Origin: the human T2T-CHM13v2.0 reference genome, Homo sapiens
Reading direction: 5' to 3' (one strand)
Assembly: GCF_009914755.1 (NCBI RefSeq)
Contig: NC_060934.1
DNA: 64,000 nucleotides
Numbering within the stretch: the stretch's first letter is position 1; each line of letters begins with the position of its first letter. Below are positions 52,946-64,000 of this stretch, in pieces. The position numbers were made by a program, and so were the translations under genes. Under the pieces are notes generated by a model, which ran no database searches, was not told where the DNA came from, and was given only the letters and a program-made list of their open reading frames with translations.

Positions 52946-53444
52946 AATCTAAAGTTGTTCCCTGTGCCACAACATTCTTCTCTTCTTTCTACCTAGTTAA
53001 CTCCTTCCTCAGTTAGCTTAGACACAATCTTCCCAGGAAGATTTTCCCTGATCTCTACAGTAGGTGAGGTCAGCCTGCTATATGTTTTCATAGCTCCTTA
53101 CTCTTCTGCTAAAATCCTATTCATTGCAACTCTACTATAAGTACTTGTTCAATTGTCTGTGCTTCCCATTGCCCATGTATACCCATGAAGGTAGGAACCA
53201 GACTATGTCTGTATTTTTATGCTGCTGCACCCTCAGTGTCTGGCACTCAGAAGGTGCTCAATAAATGTTTGTTGAATTTGTTAATAAATGTGGAAGGACA
53301 CTTCTAAATATAACAGGAAAGTTTGGCACTAGATCAAATTTGAATCATTTTTGATTAACTTCTATCTGGGGAACAAAAGGGTCATTATCATCAGTTGTAG
53401 GCAAAACACAAGTTGCTTCCTTCCTCAATCTCAGTAAGAAAGTA

Positions 53445-53820
53445 GCTGGTGCGGTGACTCCCGCCTTTAATCCCAGCACTTTGGGAGGCCAAGGCGGGTG
53501 GATCCCAAGGTCAGGAGTTCGAGAACAGCATGGCCAACATGGCGAAACCCCATCTCTATTAAAAATACGAAAATTGGCTGGGCATGGTGGAGGGTGCCTG
53601 TAGTCCCAGCTACTTGGGAGGCTGAGGCAGGTCAATCACTTGAACCTGAGAGGCAGAGGTTGCAGTGATCCAAGATCGCGCCACTGCACTCCAGCCTGGG
53701 CAATGGAGCAAGACTCCATCTCAAAAAAAAAAAAAAAAAAAAAGGGAAGGAAGGAAGGAAGGAAGGAGGGAGGGAGGGTGGGAGGGAAAAAGAGAAAGAA
53801 AGAGAGAAAGAGAGAAAGAA
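53445..53820 (+). mobile_element. AluS with (GGAA)/GA-rich tail
   Basis: Full dimer followed by a purine microsatellite. Confidence 0.9.
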
Positions 53821-54444
53821 GTTAGTTGGAGCACTTGGGCTTCTAGCAAAATCGCTGCATATCTAACAACTGATACTATTCCATCCTCTAAGATGCTGAA
53901 AAATTCTGGGAGAAGGAAAAGAAGGGTTTCAGGCATTTGATTTTCAAAAGTTCCCAGGGGAACCACTAAACGAAAAGTTCATACCAAAAAAGAAAAAAAA
54001 AAACTCAGAGACTAAAGGCCCAACTATAATCAATCTTTTATAAATCATTCCTAAACACAGTCTACTTTTCCCATCTTCAGTCCCCACGTCAGAACATCTT
54101 CATCTGTAAAATCCTTTAGAAAACTCAAACCTGTTTCACATGAAGGATAATATTCACGTAACTATCTTTTCCTTATTTGAGAATCAACATGGAAATCTCC
54201 CTGAATTCCCTTCTCCCCTCAAAAAAAGATAAGTGCAGCCAGATAGCAAGCCAACAGCAACAACAAAAACACGTGGGCAATATTTACAACAAAACTAGGT
54301 GTCAAGGCATCCCTAGGAACCCCAAAACAGACATGAGAAGAGGCAAATCACTAACAACACTTTTAAGTTGTACACAGCATCAGCATCTGGAAAGAAGGGA
54401 GCAAAGAGAAACATCTGAGCATGTGACCAAACAGAAGAAACCCC

Positions 54445-54975
54445 AGTGTAGGGGTTTGAACAGTAACCCCCCTGAAAGGATATGTCCACCCAGAACCTGT
54501 GGGCATGACCTTATTTTGAAAAAGGGTCTTTGCAGATGTAATTAAGAACTTTTTTTTTTTTGAGACAGTTTCACTCTGTCACCCAGTCTGGAGTGCAGTG
54601 GCTCCATCTGGGCTCACCACAACCTCCGCCACTTGGATTCAAGACGATTTTCATGCCTCAGCCTCCCGAGTAGCTGGAATTACAGGCATGCACCACTACA
54701 CCCAGCTAATTTTTTGTATTTTTAGCAGAGTTAGGGTTTTGCCATGTTGGCCAGGGTGGTCTCGAACTCCTGACCTCAAGTGATCTGCCTGCCTCAGCTT
54801 CCCAAAGTGCTGGGATTACAGGTGTGAGCCACTGCACCTGGCCAAATTAAGGATCTTGAGAATTACCTAAATCCAGTGACATATGACCTTACAAGAGAAA
54901 GGCAGATGGAGACTTGGGCATGCAGTAGAGAAGGCCATGTACGGACAGGCAGAGACTGGACCTATGTTGCCACAA
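54445..54975 (+). mobile_element. MLT1B/C-like MaLR LTR with an AluS (54549-54843, minus) inserted
   Basis: cccagaacctgtgggcatgaccttattttgaaaaagggtctttgcagatgtaattaag. Confidence 0.75.
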
Positions 54976-54992
54976 AATAGATATGATCTATA

Positions 54993-55322
54993 CAGTGGTC
55001 CTTCAATATTCATGGGAGATTGGTTCCAAGACCTCCTGCGGATACCAAAATCCACGCATGCTCAAGTTCCTAATATAAAATGAAGCAATATTTGCATATA
55101 ACCTAACACACCTCCTGCAGTAAATCATCTCTAAATTACTTACAATACCTAATACAATGTGAATACCACATAAACGGTTGTTATACTGTGGTTTTGGGAA
55201 TAATGACAAGAACAAAAACTCTGTACTTGTTCAGCACAGACACAATTTTTTTCCCCAATATTTTTGATCCACAGTTAGTTGAATCCACGAATGTGCAACC
55301 CCATGGATACAGAGGGCTGTTT
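54993..55322. mobile_element. MER2 (Tigger-family)
   Basis: gattggttccaagacctcctgcggataccaaaatccacgcatgctcaagt...ttgaatccacgaatgtgcaaccccatggatacagaggg. Confidence 0.85.
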
Positions 55323-56255
55323 ATACAATCTATGGACAAAGAAGGGTGTCTATATGATTAAATAAAAAAAAAGTAAACAAAAACAATTTCCTAAAAGGAT
55401 TAGAATAACAATCTGATATGAACGGGGTGCCCAGAGCCTTTCCTTCCCCTCACATCCACTACTAGCACATAATGTTTCCAGAAGCCAATATGCAGAACCC
55501 AGAGAAGAAAGTAAGTCTCACTGATCTGCCTTATACAAATTCTTTTAAATATACAATCTGTATTTACTAGGCAAATACTGGGTATTACAGAGGTATTACC
55601 TCAAGGTTAAAAAAAAAAACGGCGCTGATGAATTCCCAAGATCACACTAGCTATGCCACATTCAGAAGAATGTCTAAATATAATCATAAATCCAGCTTTG
55701 TATCTACTGATATTCAAGGACAGTCTCCACATTGTGAGTAAGGAGAAAATCAGGACATATACTCAAGAATATAAGTCTTCTCAATATATTAATGAGTAGT
55801 GCAATGAACAAAAAAATAGAACTCAAGAGAGTGTCTTCCTTAGGTTGTGCGAAGGGCAAAGAAGTTGTGGGATTATAAACAGTGCTGCATACATAGCACT
55901 ACTCCTGACTATGCCAGAGCCCTCTTCAGAACAGAGATAAGCAACAGGGGAAAACATAGTAAGTAACCAATTCTGAATCAAAAACACACCCAATATCAAA
56001 TAGAAAACTCAGCAGCTAGTCACCAGGGAAAAGTAAATAAAGTCTTTAACTTCCCTGTTTTTTTATTTTTATTTTTTACAATAATAAACAGTTTCTTCTG
56101 ATCTGTCTACTTACCCCGAAACAGATGAATAGTCAGAAATATCAAATTTGGGTTCTCAATCTATTCTTTTATTCACAAATCTACATAGTGGAAATTCTTG
56201 CACATTAAATAGATAACTAGAAGAGGACTTATAAAACATTTCCATCACATCAAGT

Positions 56256-56400
56256 TTCTTTTTTTCTTTTTTTTTTTTTTTAAGTGATGGGGGTCTCCCT
56301 ATTTGGTCCAGGCTGGTCTCAAACTCCTGGGCTCAAGCAATCCTCCCGACTCTACCTCCCAAAGTACTGGGATGACAGGCATTAGCCACCACGTCCAGCC
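56256..56400 (-). mobile_element. FLAM
   Basis: Monomer; TSD cacatcaagtttct. Confidence 0.85.
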
Positions 56401-57380
56401 CACATCAAGTTTCTCAAACCTATAGTACAATATATCCATTTGTCTTTTGGATTATTTGAGAAGCACAAAATGCCATCATCCAGATTAGATTGTGAAATAA
56501 TTTGCACAATACCCAATTTTATAAGAACATGGCAACTTAAACCATAAAACTATTTTAGTGAAAGCAATCCAAAATTGAGTTTTTTGCATTTAGATATCTT
56601 TCTACTTCAAACCAGGGAAGATATGGAAGGCTTACAATATTTTAACACATTTAATTACTTACAGTCAATTAAAATTAGATAAAATAGTAGGACAATCTTT
56701 AAGTCCAATAACCTTTCGTTTTAGTAATCTAATCACATCAACTAGACAGAAAAACAAGTGCCTACCATATGGTCTTTCTGTAACAGAAAATAGCTGCATT
56801 GAATAACAGCATCTGTGCATCTTATCAACGCTAGCATTGCCCATACTTAAATCAGCATATTGTTAACTATAATAAGAAGACAGGACCCTTCACAAAGCAA
56901 AGAACAAAAGAAACTGAATATTACCTTTGTGCTAGATTACTTGACCTGGTAGTAACTAAAGAAATGAAGAACATCAAGGCACAATGAACTTCATAAAACG
57001 CTTAACCTGGAAGAAATGAATGGGAAGGAACACTAACAATTTACGGAGAAATTCTTTAGATCTGGGTACTCACTTTGCTGATGGCTCTTATCTAGTGATA
57101 GGCCCCACTCAATACATTAAAATCCAGGCTTCTGCCGAAATGCCACTTAATGATCCCTGCTGCTGCTACTGCCATCATTCTCAATTCTAACAGGTTTTAG
57201 CTTTAACCCTAACTTGCAGCATAAAACTTTTGGCATGGAACAGTATTCTGACACTTAAATTCAGGTGTATGAAGAAACACAAAATTAAAATTAAATAATA
57301 GAGTTATACCATACTGTAACTAGTCTAGAATGAATCCTATGCCTCCAATGAAGAAACTTGCTTTTTAAAAATTGTTTTTT

Positions 57381-57747
<367 letters not shown>

Positions 57748-58355
57748 TTAAGCAGTGTAGGTTTGCCACAAACCAAATTTTCACAAGACTGAATACATAT
57801 TACCTATTTTTAAAGTCTATACATAGTGTTCTTTTATTGTCATTTTGGTAATAAAAAAGAGAAAATGTAAAAATAATATAATCCTGATATTCTCATCATT
57901 CAGAATAAACAACTGTTAACATTTCATCACGGTCAATGTTTGTGATCTTTTTTTAACTGGTTATGAAATATTTATGACATGAAAAAATAAAAATACATAA
58001 TAAGGAACATCCATATACTAGCCATTCGTTTTAAGAAATAAAACATCATCCATACAGATTATCTTTTTATAGCTTCTCTTATCGACCAGTCTGATTGCCC
58101 TTTCACTTGTCTGTTAATTATCATGATCTCATCTCTTAGTAGAAATTGTTTCATACATTTGTACTACACATTGTCTTGGTTACTGTTACTTGGTTACCAG
58201 CTTCCCAAAGGTAAAAAAGGTGCAAAGAAAAAAGGCACCAAAAATTTTAACAGCAGTTCTAACGGAAATGAAATAGAATTTAAGGTGGGCAGGAGGTCTA
58301 AGGAAGAACATATTTCATACTGTACATATTTTATATAAACTAAAATAAGTATTCA

Positions 58356-58669
<314 letters not shown>

Positions 58670-58719
58670 CTACATGTCCAAATGCAAACTCAGTAACATT
58701 TTGGAGTTTTGCTAAGTCT

Positions 58720-61270
58720 TTATTCATTCCAAAAACATATTTATTGACAACCTATTATGTGCTAGGCACTCTTCTAGGCACAAGAAACACAATGTGAACA
58801 AAACAGACAAACTGCACTCTCAACACCTGCGTTCTAGATATATTACCTGTCTCAAATAAACAAACAAAATCAAATGCATAAGCATGCCGGGTGGAGACTA
58901 AGTGATAGGGAGATAAAGCAAGGAAGGAAGGCAGAGCATGGCACAGGGAGCAGGGGAGGGGCATTCAACAAAGGGAGTGGTTGGCAAAGCTTCACTCGGA
59001 AGGTGACCTCTAAGCAAAAGCCCGAAGGAGCCAAGGAAGCAAGCTGTGCAGAGACTGGGGGAAGTGTTCTAAGGGGAGGGTTCAGTGAGTGGGAAGGCTC
59101 TGGGGACTCCCACGTTTGTGTACATGCAGAAAAGCAAGAGACCAGAATGGCTAGCACAGAGTGAGGCGGGAAGAGGCACAGGAGGTGCGCTCAGGGAGGG
59201 GGAAGGACCAATTATACAGGGCTTTGCAGGTCACTGCAAGAACTTTGGCCTTCAATCTTCAGAGAAATGAGAAGCCATTTGAGGAATTTGAGCAAAGGAA
59301 TGACACAACTTGATTTATAAATTGTCTGTCCTGATTGCTGTGTGGAGAACAGGCTTTAGGCTGGCAAGGACTGAAGTGGAGAAATCAGTCAACCAGATCC
59401 ACATGTCATATATGAGAAAAAAGAGAGACATCAAAGATCACTCCAAGATGCCTGGCCTGGAAGGATGGGATTGCTATTGCTTGAGATGAGGAAGACTGGA
59501 AGGAGCATACTTGGGAAGGTGGGCCAGGGGAATGGAGGTAGAGTCAGGATTGTGGTTTTAGATATGCCTATTTACTATTCAAATGGAGATTCTAGGCAGT
59601 CAGGTCAGTTGGATATAGGAATCTGATTCTGTGAGACAGAGGAGCAGGTCAGCAATAGAGATACACACATGTACACATAAAGAAATATAAGTGAGTGTGT
59701 GTGTGTCAATTATCTGCATATACTTGATATTTAAAACCATGAAACAGTATTGGGAGAAGAAATGAGGATTAACTGAGCTTTGAGGTGTAGAAAGGTTTAG
59801 CAAATCAGGATGTCGAGGAAACCTCAAAGAGACAGAAGGAGGTGACAACGAGGAAGGAAGATAATCAAGAGAGTATAATGTCCGGGAATCTAAATGAACA
59901 CTGAATAAAATGTAAAGCCTTTCCTGCATATTCATTTATTCATTCAAAAAATATCACCTGACACTTACTATGTGTCAGTCCCTGTGGAAACAAACATGGT
60001 CCCTGCTCTTATAGGGACTGCAATCCAAGGGGGATATAGATAAACTTGTAACTGGTATTCCTGAAAGTGCAGGGTGTTTTGAGAGAATACACTAGGGGCA
60101 ACTGAAAGAGTCTTGCGGGTCAGGGAAGGCTTTCCTGAGGAAGCAGTATTGAAGAAAAGACCAGTATGATGAGTAAAAATCAGCCATGGAGCAGAGGGAG
60201 GAGGAACAGGGGACAGTAGAGGGAAGGGTAGAAGAAAGGACCTGACGGGAGTTCAATCTAGGAAGAACAAAAAGAAGTAACAAGTGAGACAGAAGCGCGG
60301 ACCAAATTACCAAAGTCCTTTCAGACTTCACAGAGGTCTGAATTTTATTTCAAAGGAAATGGGAAGACAGAAAATTGTCTTATAGGAGGTAATGTAACGA
60401 TCAGCTGGAGTACAGTGGCGCGATTTTGGCTACCTGCAACCTCTGCCTTCCGGGTTCAAGGATTCTCATACCTCAGCCTCCAAACAGTGGGACTACAGGT
60501 GTGCGCCACCACGCCCAGCTAATTTTTGTATTTTTAGTAGGGACCGGGTTTCACCATGTTGCTCAGGCTGGTGTACAACTCCTGACCTCAGGTCATCTGC
60601 CCATCAGGAGGATCATTCTGATTACAGTAGGGACAGAGCTGCGGAAGGGGACAAGGCTAAGTTATTGGGAAACTCCGTAGGGAATCTGTTTCTGTGGTTC
60701 ATCAGTGAGATGCAGCTGACCTGAACTCAGGTGGGGGTAGTGGGTATTGGGAATGTGGACTCCACAAGACTTTGCATATGAGGAATGACGAGACGGAAGA
60801 GTGAGAATGCTGACCTAGTTTTTGACTTGGACCAATAAATAGATGGTAGTGCTACTCAGCGAAAGAAGGTGCACAGGAAGAGGGAGAGTCAGCGGTAGCG
60901 GTGAAATCTGATGAGTTTGCAATGCCTGGGGAATATCCCCCAAAAGTGTTCGGTAAATAGGCAACTGGCTGAAAAGGTCTAGAGATCAACCATAAAGCCT
61001 GAGATAGAGGGGTAGATACGGAGTCACCAGCACACAGGAGAGTGCAAAATAAAACCCAGGGAGTGAGAAAGAGAATACAGGAATGGAAAGGCCTTGGCTC
61101 TGGATAAAACCAACAATGGGGCAAGAAGAGGAAGAAAAACCCTACAAAAGAGGCAGATAGAGAGGGAGATAGAAAGGAGGGGAGGAGAAGAGAGAGCGCC
61201 TGAGAAGGAACTAGGGAGTCTGGGATGAAAGCAAAAGCAAACTGTCCAGCATTCCAGAAGGAAGAGTCAA
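58720..61270 (-). mobile_element. Cluster of L2 fragments
   Basis: L2 3' ends (ttcattccaaaaacatatttattgac; attcatttattcattcaa) followed by purine-rich L2 body. Confidence 0.75.
60404..60605 (-). mobile_element. Internal Alu fragment (no polyA, no 5' end) within L2
   Basis: Begins at gctggagtacagtgg and ends at tctgcccatc. Confidence 0.8.
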
Positions 61271-61724
61271 CACATGGATTCATACAAACTCGTACCCAGA
61301 AAAATGTCTTATTGTATTGTTTACAGTATTTCAAAATCAACCAACAAGTGTATTTCATCAGCCATAATACATTTCAGTCATAGAATAATCTTAGCCTAGG
61401 TCAAGAAGCAAAACAAAAATAAGTTCATTTGCATTAGTAAAAAGTTTAATAATAAAGTGACAAAAATTCTATTACTGGACAAGAGTATGGACTACAGATA
61501 AAAAATGAAATAAATGTTAGAAATGGAAAAAAAATCATGTGGTTAAGAAAGCTGAGGGAAAGTTTTCTCTTCTTTGGCTTAAAAAAAAAGTTAAACCTTG
61601 AAAGATGAAGCTATATGGATATGAAAAGGGGTGATAATATCATAGAGGATTCAACAGAAGAATCTATATAAAGTGATTTTGTGAGCAAAGTTACTCAAGG
61701 ATTGGTGTCAGAAGACTTCACGGA

Positions 61725-61726
<2 letters not shown>

Positions 61727-61757
<31 letters not shown>
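61727..61757. repeat. (CA)n microsatellite
   Basis: Perfect CA run visible. Confidence 0.95.
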
Positions 61758-61758
<1 letters not shown>

Positions 61759-64000
61759 CAAAAATCACTTAAGAGGTTCAGAGTGAGTGATTTCAAGTTT
61801 TAAAAATACACCTTGAGATGTATAAAAGTATATAAATTCGTGTGAGTACCATCTGGACCATCCTTACTGTATAATGCCAAGACATATTCTACTGAACTGT
61901 CCTAATTTCTTATTTGAAGAGGGCTGTTTATTTGTTTTGAGGCTTCCAATATATCCTGGGGGTGGGGAGGCCTAAATGTATATCATATATCAACACAATA
62001 AAATTGCAATGCTTAAGATGAACAAGAAATCTCTGATTGTTTTTCAACAAAGCACAAGGTCTTATTCAGAGAAGGTGGAGTTGGCTAATTAGATAAAGCA
62101 TGAAACAGAGACTCCTGTTAATTCATTACATTGATTTCTTCTGTCCTATAAAGTTAGGTTTTCTTGGCTGATTAACAGCATTACTATTAAGACACACATG
62201 CTCATCTCTTTGTTAGTTAAAAACACAATAATAAATGTAGTATCCAAACACATTATTGATTTTTAAAATTTTTTAAAGAGTGATAGTACCACTGTGGAAT
62301 GTAGTGCTTCTAATAAAATTGACGACAAAAATTAAATGCAATGTTCAAAAACCTAAATATCAGCCCAAAGTATTTCATTAGCAACTAACTCCCTATTACT
62401 AAAAAATATTCACAAGATTTAATGTGTATCAGAAGCATCAATCACAGATTAAAACACGTCACAACTAAATACAGGCAATAATTACACAAGTTCTCTTCAC
62501 TCCCAACCCTGAGGTTTTAAAATGTTTTCTGACAACATATATCCCCTTTATTTCCACTTCCACATAGAATCTAGGCAAAATACCTATTCTTTAGAAAGTC
62601 AAATAATACTGTAGTTTAATACCAAACCTAAATACTGTATATATATTTCACATAAGCAAAACACAGGTGATATTGTGTTTTCTTCATTGCTAAACTTAAA
62701 AACAAGATAGCCATGCTGCCAGCAGTAAGGTCCAAATGAAAACAAATTTCACAGCCGTTAAAAAATACATAACTGTCATTGTTAATAAAAGCCAAGTGTG
62801 CAACAAACTGGAAATACTGCTTGCTAGCCAAGGACAAGATGTGTCTAAATTCTTGGTTTCAGGACATCTCTTAAATGACCAAAAAAAAAAAAAAAAAAAT
62901 CAAATAACATTAGTTCTTGCAAACAGAATGCAAATACAATGCTAATTAAAGTATTCACAAGACAATGACAAATAAGGCTTCAGGACCACAATACATATTA
63001 TTATGTAACTGCAATACACATTAAGCAATCACCAGGTTGCAGGTAGGCCTTCCAAAAGGAGTTATTATGGTTTACCGTGATCAGAGGATTGTGGTGTTCC
63101 ACTTAATCATGCTTTTGCCTGCAAGCAGGTGTTTACAGATGTCAAAAAGTAAAACACTGATTCTAAATGTAAACCTACAGTTCTGCCTAATAAATTGTAC
63201 AGTAATAGCACACTGTACCTCACAACGTTTTCTGCATAAACTTTCTAATTCGACATGAAGTAAGCTGCATGAAGCAAGTTTCTCTGCTTGCTTTATGAAC
63301 CAAAATTTAACTTCTGATTCATTTTTATTAAAATGCCAAAACTCACACACTTAGAGCCAGCCCTTGTTTCAAGGACTATGAAGTTAAAATTTAACATCCG
63401 GTGCAAAAGAAAGTGAGACAGTGAATGAGGGTTCATTTGGGTATGTTATTGTCTAAAGTAATCCTCAACCCTTCAATGAAAACATAGGCATCTCAAAAGT
63501 AAAATTTAAAGGATAACAATATTCAGTCTATTTAAAGAACAAATTACAGGAACCGCCAATGATAAACATAGTATATTCATAATAGAAGTAAATTCCGAAT
63601 ACTTCAATCTCCAAACACGAGGAAAAAAAAAAAAGGTGAGAGGCAACAGAGTATATGCGTGTCATAAATCAATGTATTTTCTATGATTTCTGTCCTGCCT
63701 GCTCAAAAATTTTCAGGAAGTCTGGAGTAAAATCTCTGGGCCCTTGGGAAGATGTTAGATGCTAGATGCTACCCTAACCAGCAACGCAACCCACCTGACA
63801 CCCCAGAGCAGCTCACAGAACTTCAGAGTAGTGAAAGGGAGGGTATAAATAAGAGAACAGTAAAGGCAGGAGATTTTTCCGGGAGTTGGAATTACGACTC
63901 TGTAAGGTCGTTTTCCAAGGCTGTGCTTAAACTATTCACGGAAAAACACTTCTTTTTCTACCTAAAGCAGAGATCTGCAGCAACAGCAGCCAGACTCCCC

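Noticed and set aside
60852-61358. 168-aa hydrophobic ORF
   Set aside because: Lies largely in pyrimidine-rich L2 relic sequence, with no recognisable protein family.
63795-63961. Possible minus-strand poison exon (gctttAG|GTAGAA...TCAG|GTgggt)
   Set aside because: Stop after 9 codons; splice-like motifs alone are insufficient evidence.

Overview
Human genomic DNA; the SVA at the left edge has what I read as SVA_F (human-specific) diagnostics. The window is almost all intronic sequence of ARHGAP21 on the minus strand. Two coding exons are recognisable: a 180-nt exon at 12901-13080 ([10 protein letters not shown]...[23 protein letters not shown], start of the PDZ domain) and a 25-nt microexon at 9668-9692 (DEENGNRG). 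The canonical ATG exon (MMATRRTG...) is not in the window and should lie to the right. The rest is dominated by about 40 Alu/FLAM/FRAM elements plus L1, L2, MIR, MaLR/ERVL and MER DNA-transposon relics, and nearly all ORFs in the supplied track are repeat artefacts. Less obvious content: (1) a 3'-truncated processed pseudogene of COQ10B in the host-sense orientation; (2) two candidate alternative first coding exons (49140-49223 and 42776-42904), each ending in a phase-0 donor that would splice in frame to the 180-nt exon and give ARHGAP21 a different N-terminus. This is my best candidate for an under-described system, but it is an inference; (3) three locally templated copy events: an ~85-bp direct duplication bracketing the microexon, a 32-bp copy inserted inside an Alu, and a 42-bp-arm inverted repeat; (4) two twin-primed inverted L1s, nested and non-canonical retrotransposon insertions, and a MER6 carrying a V-SINE domain. 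Repeat subfamily calls and boundaries were made by eye and are approximate.
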